From Felis catus (Eukaryota): a stretch of DNA of 64,000 bases. How positions within the stretch are numbered: position 1 is the stretch's first letter; every line of letters starts with the position of its first letter. Of this stretch, positions 49,429-60,874 are shown one piece after another. Made by a program: the position numbers and the translations under genes. Location: NCBI RefSeq assembly GCF_018350175.1, contig NC_058368.1:227790001-227854000 (forward strand). Direction: 5' to 3'. Under the pieces are notes generated by a model. That model saw nothing but the letters and a program-made list of their open reading frames with translations, was not told the origin of the DNA and searched no databases.

Positions 49429-50419
49429 CATAAAATATTAGTAAGCAAATTATGATTCTTCTTTCTTGCTAAAATGTCTAGTTGTAGAACTTCTACAAGT
49501 ACAGAGGCCAAATTTTCCAGAACAAGATCAAATACGCATGAGGACATTTATAGGAAATACAGAACACAATGTAGGAAATCAAGACTATCTCCCAAAATCA
49601 AGGCCCTATGTTCTGTCATCTTTTAATGTTGGAAAACACCAAACAGCAAATACTTTGCCTGTAACATAAGATCTGCACTCGCCGTTCCACAATTTCTAGA
49701 ACTGAGTACACGCAAACGCACTTCCCGCACTTCCGGAAACCCCGCACTTCCCGGAAACCCCGCACTGAAGCAGAAACCACGTTGCTGCCACATTAAATTC
49801 ATGCAGGTGGTTTCCGAGAAGAAACACTTAACTCAATGAAGGGCAGCAAGCAACAGTCTCCCAAGTCCTGACTCATGACTTCCTCCAACATAGGAACTCC
49901 GCTCCTTCCCCAATCAGGGGACTCGTGGATTCCTGAGAAAGGACCCCACCCATCGAGGGCCCATGGCCCTCTCACCACCCACTCTGCATCTCAACGTTTT
50001 CCTTTCTCTTTTTCCTCCATTTGGGCAATTAGTACCGAGAGGAAGATGATAAACTGTCTTTCCCATAACAGGTGTCATCTTCGTAAACTGTACTTACCAG
50101 AAATTAATCTCCCTTTCTTATTTGGCAACTCCTTATTTTTCAATTTTGTGCTTCAACATCACCAGAAAGTGAGCTGTTGATGGAGTCTGGCAGCTCTTTT
50201 CTTAAACATGCCTCTGGGGAGTTCCAGCGCATGACTTCATCTGTTTTCTTTGGATGATTAACTGACAAAGCCCTGAGCTGAAAAGCTGACCACTAACTGC
50301 CGATTTGAACAGTTTAAACTTGAAGATGTAGGTTCGCTTATCGCAGTGGTGTCGGCTAGAATTTGAAACTACTTTCCGCCTATTCTTGGATTGAGCGAGT
50401 CAGTAAAGATCATGAGGGT

Positions 50420-51960
50420 TAAGGGGGGCCTTCAGTGTTCAAGAAGGCAATTGCAAATTTGGGAAAGGGAAGATTAAATGCACCCTGTGGCTCTGGACTG
50501 GAATTGAAGGAGTGAGTATAAACTCATGGTTGTTATCCTATTTTTTCTAATTTTTTAAAATTGCTTACTTATTTTATTTTGGAGACAGAGCGTGCATGGG
50601 GAGGGGCAGATAGAAAGAGACAGAGAATCCCAAGCAGGCTCCTTGCTGTCCGCGCCAGCCCCCATGCAAGACTTGAACGCATGAACCATGAGATCATGAC
50701 CTGAGCCGAAATCAAGAGTTGAGAACTAACTGAGCCACCCAGGCGCCCTCACTCATGGTTACTTTAGACAGACAGATACAGAAAGAGACAGTGACATGTG
50801 TGCATCTGTGACATTATATACGCGTGTGTATACACAAACTCTTCCTAGCCCTGTCCTCTGACTGGTCCTAGACGCAATAATGACACCCTTGTACCAATGA
50901 ACACACTTAGGCCCAGACTGTGTTTCTAAATACATTTCTCTACTAAAATGAACCAGGGTGTCTTGGAGAAGCGGCTGATTACACGACTGCAGTAAGAAAA
51001 GTACAACACAAGCCTGGAACATCTTATTGTGTCAGAAAATAGCAAAGAGCTCAGAAAATGATAGTGACAAGTCACAAAAGATAAAGAGGCCAGTCTGAAA
51101 GGACTCCCACTGGCCAAATCTTGGAAAATTTGAGCATCAAATGAAAAAATGATAGCAAAGGATTATAACCTATTGTATACAATAGGACCCCAGGAGGACA
51201 TATTTACATAAATAAATAAATAGGGCAGAAGGAAAATCTCTTCCTTATCGCAGAAAGTCAGGGAAACACAGAAGGAATAATGAAGTTCAAAAAATCACCA
51301 TTTCACAACCATCCGAGTAATCACTGATTCCAGCAAAAATCATCTACAGATGCTACAACCAGCAAATGAAAGTCAGGAAAGGAGCAGGATTTGACATAGT
51401 CTCAAATCATCTTGCAACAAAACATTAACTGTTAGGAAACACTACAGTGGAGAAACCCGGTAGTCACCACCTGAACCAATGCCCCACGTGGGGCTGCTGA
51501 CAGCTGCATCCCTGACAGGGCACTCTGGGACCTTCTGCCACAAAAGCACAACCTGGATCTAGTCACAAGGAATCCTACCACCCACACTCAGGAATGGTCA
51601 CCCAAAGAACTGACTGGAATCTTCGAAATACAGGGGTAACAAGAGAGACTGGAGGAATGTTCCAAATTAAAAAAAACCTAGGAGACACAACTCAGTGTAG
51701 TATGTGGTCCTGGATGGAATGCTGGACCACAAATACTTTTAATTGCCAAAAAGGACATTTCTGGAACAGCTGGTTACATTTTACTAAGGTCAGTACATTT
51801 AGGTAGTAACATTGTATCAAATTAATGTCCTGATATGGATCATCATGTGAGTGAATGTCACTGCTCTTAGAAAATACACAGCAAGCCACCATGTAGAGGT
51901 AAAGGCATCATCAACCCTGAAACTTACTCTCAAATGGTTCAGAAACAAAATCCCATGCAA
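50420..51960 (+). mobile_element. L1MC/L1MD-like 3' UTR fragment interrupted by a SINE
   Basis: 'gtttctaaatacatttctctactaaaatgaaccaggg', 'aagcctggaacatcttattgtgtcagaaaatagcaaagagctcag', 'ctcttagaaaatacacagc', 'acttactctcaaatggttcag'. Confidence 0.72.
50545..50749 (-). mobile_element. Can-SINE
   Basis: Reverse-complement SINE ending actgagccacccaggcgccc. TSD actcatggtt at 50522-50531 and 50751-50760. Confidence 0.9.
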
Positions 51961-51978
51961 ATTTTATACACATATAAA

Positions 51979-51979
<1 letters not shown>

Positions 51980-52012
<33 letters not shown>
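51980..52012. repeat. (CA)n microsatellite, about 16 units
   Basis: Read directly. Confidence 0.95.
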
Positions 52013-52015
<3 letters not shown>

Positions 52016-53664
52016 GGGCAGGGGAAGATCGTGCACACGCATGTGTGGTGAAATAGAAACAGATAGGGAATCTGAATCTGAGTTATTTCTCTTTGAACAT
52101 GAGTTCTGGCTTCTCAAAACAGACCTACCTGCCCCCACCCCCAAAAATAAACCCCACAAACTTTACACGTAATCAGCAATGAAGATATGAACCAACTAAG
52201 CCAAAAGTAACACAGTGAAATCTCACTTCAACTGAGTTGATATGGATTCGAGCTTGGTACCTCCTTTCATTGGTTTAAAAATCAAAGACAAACTATAACG
52301 GCCATGTCAAAAGTAACCCATTAATCTCACATTAAACAGCAGGCTAGTCCTATTCTTTTAGTTCTAGAAATTTTTTAAAAACAAGAATTAAATAAAAACG
52401 GAAAAACTTGAAACCCTTGGAAAGTCTTTGAGCAAACCAGGAGGAAACAAAAATGTGGACTTCCAGAGCACAATACACCTCCAGGTTATGTAATGTCTAC
52501 ACTCACAACAGCAGCATTTCCATCATCCCCTGACTGAAATACGAAAACTCTAAGGGAGCCGTGCAGTTACTGAGACCCACACAGAGACAGAACGTGGTTC
52601 CAGTGCGGAAAGGCCGCCAGGAGTCCCTGCGGGCATGAACCTGACCAGCATCCCAGAGGACCAGGCCACAGTAGGGGCAGGGACAGGTGAAGTGTCACAG
52701 ACAAAAATGCACCCCACGGGTGGAGAAATCTACAACACACCGTGCTGAAAGGACAGTGGAAAACAATCCTGTTCCCCAGGACCCCATCATCATCCACACG
52801 CACGTTTCCACGAATAACAGCAAAAAAAAATGAGAGGCTGCAACCAAATAGCTATACAGAGAGAACCAGGAGTCACCACACCCACCTTATAAAATTGTCC
52901 CCAGAAGAGCAGCTGAGCATGGCCCCGCCCCAGTCCCCCGTCCTCAGAAAGGAAGACCCAGTAATCCTTATAATGTGTCAGACACAGCAAGCTGCCGGCC
53001 GCTCCCCGCCCTTCTCACACTTCCCTCCGCCAACCCCGACCCGACAGCCACCACAGGGGAGGCCTCCCACCCAGCCCTTGGGGGCAAGTCCACACAGCCA
53101 GGGAGCCAGAGGAGCAGCCTTTCTCCCCCACCACCAGGGTCCCTCCCAAGGATCCCCTGAGACAGGGGAGAGCCGGCAGAGCAAAACTCACGCAGCCAAC
53201 ACGCCTCAAATGAAGAGCCAGGTTGCTAGGATTATTTATGTAAAAAGGAACATCGGTTTTAATTAGGTGAGAAGAGGACCAGCACAGAAGCTAAATTACA
53301 GGGCCCAGACCAACGTGAAAACAAAAACGTCTGCTATATCCTGGAATCTTTCACTCAACTCTGCTTGATGTGTGACTTGTAAATCATAGCTTCGATCCTC
53401 AACACACAAGAATCTACGTATTCAATTTTAAAGATCTGAAAATTACAACACAGGATCCTATGGGAAGCTGTACAGAGTGAGGGCCCTCTCCGCTCCCTCC
53501 ATCACGGAGGGCTTTGTGGTCTGGCAGCCCTGGGCGTCAATTCCAGCCCAGGCCCTCACCAGCAGCGCAAACTGGGGTCATTCATTCCACCTCACCAGAG
53601 GCTGAGGTGTTCACACTGACACAGAAGCCAGCACCTGCTGGCAGGGGGGATGCGACTTGGGGCC

Positions 53665-53810
53665 CTTCCCCACTCATCCTCCCTCCCTCCCTCCCTCCCT
53701 CCCTCTCTCTCTCTCTCCCTCCCTCTCTCTCTCCCTCCCTCTCTCTCTCCCTCTCTCTCCTGCTCGTTGTCTCGCAAAATAAATAAATAAATAAACTTAA
53801 AAAAAAAAGA
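53665..53810 (+). mobile_element. Can-SINE 3' remnant ((CT)n plus tail)
   Basis: Long CT tract, then aaaataaataaataaataaacttaaaaaaaa. No recognisable tRNA-like head. Confidence 0.75.
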
Positions 53811-55009
53811 AACTCAGATGGCGGTAGAGAAAACAGTTAACACCAAGACTTCACCAGGTTTTCTTAAAGGACAGCATTGGCATTAACAATATTTGGGGGA
53901 AAAAATAAAGATGATATTCTAAGTATCATCCTGTGAGCTTCCAAGGAAGTTACTGCTTTGTGGATGCACTTACTCTACTCTCCTCTGAAGCATAATTCCA
54001 AAGGTTCTATCTGACCCCCTATGCCTGGAGGTCCTGGCCTCTCACACGACTCTGGCAGCTGCTGCTGAAGATTTAGATTCCAGCAAGGGCAAGGACAGCA
54101 CGGGAGAGGCAGCGGCCGTTTCCAGTCTGCCATCTTCCTCGTTTCCCAAAATACAGCCCCAGATCCCCAAGGAAGTTGTCAGAGGAAATTTACAGTGATC
54201 TCACCTCAAGCCTGCATCAGGTTTACAGTCAAAGGTTTGCAGCAGTTTGGTTCAGGAGACAGGTGCCATCTCACCTACAGGCTGGTCCCTTCGGTGACAC
54301 GGGACTTCACACAATGCCATGAGGAAGGAGAGAAATGCCTGGCAATGAACCCTGCGAAGTTTGTTCTCGGGAACTACAGTTAAATATTGAGAAAGAAACA
54401 CATACACAGACCAGCTAACAAAATGCTGAAATCAAGGACTCTGTCACAAAGCCCCTCCCCTGTGAGAGCAGAGGCAACCAACCCATCAGGGGACAAGTGA
54501 ACTCAACTGCCACATGAAAAAAAAAATGTATGGCCTGGAAACCATCAAATTAGTATCCGTTCTCAAGGCTCCTGAACCCAAGACATATGAGGACAAGTGC
54601 AACAGCACTGAGATGGAGGTGAAATAACGCTAAAAGTCATGTGTGAAATACATCGTGGCTCTGTGCAATGTGGTCTTTCAGTCAGTGGTCGTCCCTGGCA
54701 CACCAGCTGTCATCACTGCGGTACTGAAAAGGGCATTGAGGGCTGGAGATAACTTCTCATAGTGTCAAACAAGAAACATCTATTTGTTTAGTATCAGGCT
54801 AATGAGGAATTTATTCCAGTTATTTGGATGCCAAAATATTAAGTAATTTAAACTGCACAGACTTCATTACATGAGACTAATTAGAAATATTTATAATAAC
54901 ATTACGGTCAAAGTATTGTTTCCCAGTATCTGTATGTAACTTCAGAACAAATAATAGAAGAATTAGACTTTGGGGCCTTTACCAAACTAATAAAATTATC
55001 CAAAAACTA

Positions 55010-55020
55010 ATATATATATG

Positions 55021-55061
<41 letters not shown>

Positions 55062-55105
55062 ATACATATATATATGTATATATACATATACACATACACA
55101 TACAT
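55010..55105. repeat. (TA)n and TA/CA compound microsatellite
   Basis: Read directly. Confidence 0.92.
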
Positions 55106-55461
55106 GCACATTTTTTCCCCTGTAGATCCTAGCATATCTGTCATGCAGAACAAGGACTAAGTAAATGCAAGGAAGAAAACGTAAAACTTTCAGAATCTGA
55201 ATAAGCCAGGAGTGCCCTCCCATAGGTTTGCAGAGGCGATGTTCCACAACAGCTGGCAGTAAAGAAGGAATCCTTGAAAGGTGGATCAATGTCAGACTAG
55301 GAAGTACAAGGAATAAACAATGGAAAACAACTTCTTACAAACATTTCACATGCATAATTTGCAAATTAAAATCAAAACACTTTGCCGTAGAGCACACGTG
55401 TCATTCATACACGTGACTTCGCATATACTAGGGGACATGGGTTCTTTTAAAATAGATTTCA

Positions 55462-55676
55462 GGGACGTCCCGGGGGGCTCAGTCGGTTGAGCAGCAGACA
55501 TTGGGTCAGGTCATGACCTCACAGTTCACTTTGCGTGTTTGAGCCCCAAATGGGGCTCTGCATCAGGCTCTCTGCTGTCAGCACAGAGCCTGCTTTGGAT
55601 CTGCTGTCCCCATCTCTCTCTCTCACCCTCCCCTGCTCAAGCTCTCTCTCTCTCAAAAATAAACATTTTAAAAAAA
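55462..55676 (+). mobile_element. Can-SINE
   Basis: Diverged head gggacgtcccggggggctcagtcggttgag, (CT)n, tail. TSD aaaatagatttca / aaaatggatttca. Confidence 0.88.
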
Positions 55677-56489
55677 TGGATTTCAAATATCAGTCTCTGA
55701 TATATTCCTACGTTCCTTCTTGCTTTGAGACCACCATTCCACAGAATCCCAAAGTGAGGTGTTTTCCAAGATCTATACATACATACATAGACACGAAAAA
55801 AAAAGAAGATACCAAGAAACCCTATCTAAAATTATTCAAGGATTATACTTTCAAATTTGAATTGTGTTTTTCCCAAGTTCAAGAATAGCTTTATTTTGTG
55901 GTTATGAACCTTAAATGCGGGGACTAACGCTTTATAAATGCATTCATCAATCATCAATACTGCAGCAAGGTCAGTTCTACCTGAGAAGGCCCAAGAACAG
56001 AGGGCTAATGGCCTCACACAGAAACAAATGTGGGAATAACACCCTCTGCCCCAAATGAAACTTATCCCTGGAAATTCCTTCTGTAACACCAGGAATACTG
56101 AGACAGTACAGACCATCCCACATTTACTACTCTTCTATCTGGACAGCGACAAAAACTCACCAGAGTGGGTAAATTTGAAGCAGGAAAAATGGTGACTGTT
56201 CATATCTAAAGATAGGGCTTAAGTCAGCAGACTTGACTTACATGCCATATGGATTCCCCAAGTTAACGCTTCTTGCAGAACCCAAGAAAAGGATATTTAT
56301 TTCCTCATAACTACCTTTGAAGTTTCCCTAGTAATTACACAAGTTTGGTCCCACTGGTCAAGGCAGTCTGGGGGACTGCTGTTACCTTTCAAATCAATAG
56401 GAAATCTTTTGGAATGAACTCGGTTTTGCTCTAGCTTAACTAGAGAAATACTTAATTGGATTTGGGTTTTGTTGCTATCTCATTGTTTT

Positions 56490-56980
56490 AAAACTATTTA
56501 CATTTCCTTGATTACTAGTGGAGCTGGCATTTATTTGTGGGACTTCTCTGAATGATCGGTTTGCCTGTTTTCCTTATGGATTGTCTTACTGACTTGAGGA
56601 AGCCCTTTTTTTCTTACAGGTATAGAATTCTTTGATTTGTAATGAAATGTTTACTCCCAGTTTGTTATCAGCCTTTTTTTTTAATGATTTAAATTAACAT
56701 ACAACAAAACTAATGGGGGGCGGGGGGTGCAGGTCTATGTATTTTAACACATACAATCAGCAACACAGCCAAGATACAGAACAGTTCCATCATCCCCCAA
56801 AATGCCCCTCATGCTGACCCTCTGTAGTCATGACCTTCCAAACCCTAACGCCTGGCAATCAACCAATCTGTTCTCTCACTGTCCTGTCTGTTTGAGAATG
56901 TCACAGAAGTGGAATCATTCAACAGGAGACTGCCTTCCTTTACGCAGCATTAACCGAGTGGGGTGCACCACAGTTGATCT
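56490..56980 (-). mobile_element. Old L1 fragments
   Basis: 'caagatacagaacagttccatcatcccccaaaatgcccctcatgctgaccctctgtagtca...cctggcaatcaaccaatctgttctc' is typical antisense L1M 3' sequence. Confidence 0.65.
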
Positions 56981-59016
56981 GTTCACACCTACAATGTTTT
57001 AATGCTAATGGCAACATCAGACTGCAAAGGGCCCCCAACCCTTCCCAGCAGCAGGACAGTAACAGCAGCAGACCACGTACTTCTCTTCTGGAACTGCAGG
57101 GAAAGAGCAGAGGGTTCGCAGAACTGCCAGGACTCTGCAGAAACCCCTCCTAAAGAAAAGCCAAGTGCAATTCATCACTGTCCCTAACAGGACCACAGAC
57201 TGTAAGAAAATCAGCCTGATTAACTCACATGAACACCACTAACCCAAAGTACCCTAGACCTAGAATCTATTCTTTACTTCGATAACGTCTTCATTACGCT
57301 TTCTCTGTCAGGGTAACCGCTAAAAGGTACTAATTTATGACAAAGCCCAAATAGAGTAATGCTTCCAAAATACAAGATTTGCTCTGCAGATTTCTCCACA
57401 TTCCTCACCAACCAGACAAGAGTAGACATGTGGCTAATTAAAACAGTCAGTAATCTAAAAGTCAAGTATATTTATCACCAAAATGAAGTTCTTTATTTCC
57501 ACAGCACATCTGGCATTAGACCAAATATTACAGAGTCACAGGAAAAAAAAACAAAACAAAACAAAACAAAACAGAAGCTACACCCTTTCCCCAGCTTAAC
57601 AATCTGCCACATGCTTGGAAAAGTCTGCACACACCTGCCCTTCTGCCCTGGACATATAACCTTTCCCAGAGAGCAGGTGGTTAGTAATTTGGGTTTCCAG
57701 GGGCTTCCTCACATGGAGAGGAACAAAAAGGAGGAAATTAAGACCAAAACTATTCAGTAAGCACACTACGTGTCCCCATCCATGAGGAAGAAGTGAAAAT
57801 GAGTACTTGTGCACTTGCTGACCATTACACAGCAGAGATGTGTGCCCATGAACAAGAATGTCTGCAAGGAAGGCTTAATAATGTCAAAAGGTTGGGAGAC
57901 AACACTGGAAATTCTAGCCAGATATCTCCTTTTCCTCTTTATAAACTGGCAGAGATGGAGTGAAGTCGGGGTCTCGCAGGGGCTGGGCACTGTGGTGAGT
58001 GAGGAGGCAAAGGTCCCAAGAGGCAAGACCTCCACTATGGCCACAGGAGGCCCAGAGACGGTGGGGAGAGGAAGGTGGAGGAGGGGAAAGCAGCAGCAGC
58101 AAACCAATGCTTTGCAGGGCCCTGTTCCCAGTCCCTCCCTCCTTTTCTCCTTCTTGGTCCTTTCCCCTCAGTTAAGAGGTGCTGTGACAGGAACTCCCAG
58201 GGGGATCAGCCAGGATTCCTAAGTGCCAAGGTCACCGAGCAGACTCCCCATACATGCTCATTTCCTTGCCCACCGCTCTGCTAAACCGCTCATCCGCAGA
58301 ATCTAGAGTAGGAAGAGACAGAGAACTCTGTCGCGCTATCTAATCCCGCCTGCCCCTCTCTCCAACCGTGGGCCCATCCAGATCCCTGCCTGCCATCAGC
58401 TTCAATGGGGCTGAGAAGCAAGGAGAAGTTATAAAAGATGGCACTCTCCACCCACAAGACAAATAACACAGTCACTGCTGGCAGCTCACCCAAGTCCACT
58501 CAGATGAACACTTGGGAGAGGAAGGGATGAGACGGACATCAGAGCAAGCCACCACCTTCCACCAAAATGCACCGCGAATCTCCCTCCAACCCATTTCTTC
58601 TCTGTCCACGGAGTAGCTGCTGTTCCCGCCAGTGGCACTACTGAAATTTGTCAAGACAACGCACTTAAGGAAATAAAAACCAATTCATTATAAAATTGAG
58701 GAGGAATGAAGGGGGTTGTTAAGACTGCTTTTTATAGTAAAACACAATTCATCCCTATCAACAGAAGTGATTTTTACTAGGCAGTAAAGTGTGGCTATTG
58801 ATTAAGAATTTGACTTTTCTCTGGAATTCCGCCAAGGATGTCAGATAAAATTTTATTTTCTCAGTACAGGAATCAAGTAAATAAACTTAAAATAAATACC
58901 AGATCCAGCTGACTTACATTATGACAGCTTCAAACACACCTTGCACTTTCAGTTAGAAACAAACCCCAAATTTATCATAACATTTCAAAAGTCTAGAAAG
59001 ACCATCCTAATCACTT

Positions 59017-59233
59017 TTTTTTTTTTAATGTTTATTCATTTTTGAGAGACAGAGACAGAGACAGAGCATGAGCAGAGGAGGGGCAGAGAGAGAGGGAGAC
59101 ACAGAATGGGAAGCAGGTTCCAGGCTCTGAGCTGTCAGCACAGAGCCCGACACAGGGCTCGAACTCACAAACCCTGAGATCATGACCTGAGCCGAAGTCG
59201 GATGCTTAACCGAATGAACCACCCAGGAACCCC
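59017..59233 (-). mobile_element. Can-SINE
   Basis: Poly-T, (GA)n, ...tgcttaaccgaatgaaccacccaggaacccc. TSD taatcactt at 59008-59016 and 59234-59242. Confidence 0.93.
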
Positions 59234-60780
59234 TAATCACTTATTTTTAATATACATTTGAGGAACATAGTTAAATCACAGGCTTCACTTTGAACAGAAC
59301 CACTTGTGTCATTTATATCTTGCTTAATCATTTAAATCGTTAAAATGGCTTCATTTGAATCTTGGATGGCTAAACCGCAAAGGGAAAAATACAATATCCT
59401 GCGTCAATAAGTCAATTTACAAGGTCTCAATGAGAAGTTTCTTTCAATGATTGTTTTACTGTGCTTTGATTTCTTGAAAGTCACTTATGGGATTATTTTT
59501 AGCTATCTCTTTGCTTTCCTCTAAAACTGAACCTGAATGCCACCAAAAAAGGAGAAACTGACATTCTCAAATAACATTTTCTTCGACTCCTTTTTTCAAA
59601 ATATTGAAGGTAACAAGGACTGAATTCGTAATACAATAATTATTATTAGTGCTCACAGAGACCAAAGCTGCCAGACTTCTAAATATACACAGATGTAGTG
59701 TGGCCAGCTTGAGGCCTCCACTTATGTGGTGTTAGCAGCATAAATATGAAGAAAAGCATCCCTGAATGCTCCATGAGGAAATCATCATATCGAAACACAG
59801 AAAGATATGCATACCGCTCCATCACTAAGTAACAGACTCAATTTTCTTCATATGTTCTGTTGGAAAGGGCTGCAGCCAGGAGTTCAGAATAAGATCTAAT
59901 GAAAGAAACCCAACACGATGGGCTGTGACGCTTCAGAATAACCACAACCTTTATTCTCTGCACATTCATCTAATGCCAACCTAAAACATGCCAGGCAGGT
60001 TAAAAATAATGCATTTATGTAAGTACCCCCCCCCCCACACACACACACACACTTGCAAGGTTAAATAGAAAGCTCTGAAAGAATGATTTATTGCCACAAG
60101 AATACAGCCCCAAAATAGATTGGCAATAAAAGTGATTGGTCCCAGGGGGCTTGAGAACTAATGTAAGCAAAGTCCTGGCCATGAGAGGCCTCCAAGAAAG
60201 AGTGTACCAGAGTCGGGGGCGCACTTTCTGGCCCTGACCCCACCCCTACCAGAATTACACTCTGAGCAAGTCACTTGACCTCCCTAGAAGCCTGATTCCC
60301 TTTCTGTAAAATAAAGAAACTGGACTAGCTCACATCTGTGATCCAACCGCCCCCCCCTTTTTTTTCCTTTTGAAATCTGCTTTATCTTTCCTAGAACTGA
60401 GGTCTGTGTGAAGGAGAAAAGTTTGAAATTCACTAACACCTGTGGAAAATCTCAGCTGCCCTCTAACACAGCATCACCACGTATTTCCGCTCAATCCAAT
60501 TTAACACTAATTGACCTGCCTGCTGGTGCCAGGTTTATAAAAAAAGGAGAGTCGGGATGGTCAAAATGGATGAGAAGTCTCTGTGCCAAGGACCTGAGCG
60601 GGGAATGAAATGGCAACATATGAGGTAAGACCTTGACTGAGGTGGACACTGGGTGACACAAAGCAGGGGGAAAGGGCAATCACTGCTCTGAAGCCATGAG
60701 CTCTCCAAAGAAAAGTGGAGAATAACCATCAGGTGCTGAGGGCTCAGAGGGAACCACAGAATACGAGAGGGAAGCGGCCC

Positions 60781-60874
60781 CTGAGCCATCCCCCCCACCA
60801 AGTGCAAGCACCCTGACCCCAGCACCTCTGAGCCATCTCCCCCCACCAAGTGCAAGAGTCCTAACCGCAGCACC
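60781..60874. repeat. Two-copy tandem duplication of about 47 bp
   Basis: ctgagccatc(c/t)cc...caccaagtgcaag...cct(g/a)acc(c/g)cagcacc starting at 60781 and 60828. Confidence 0.85.
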
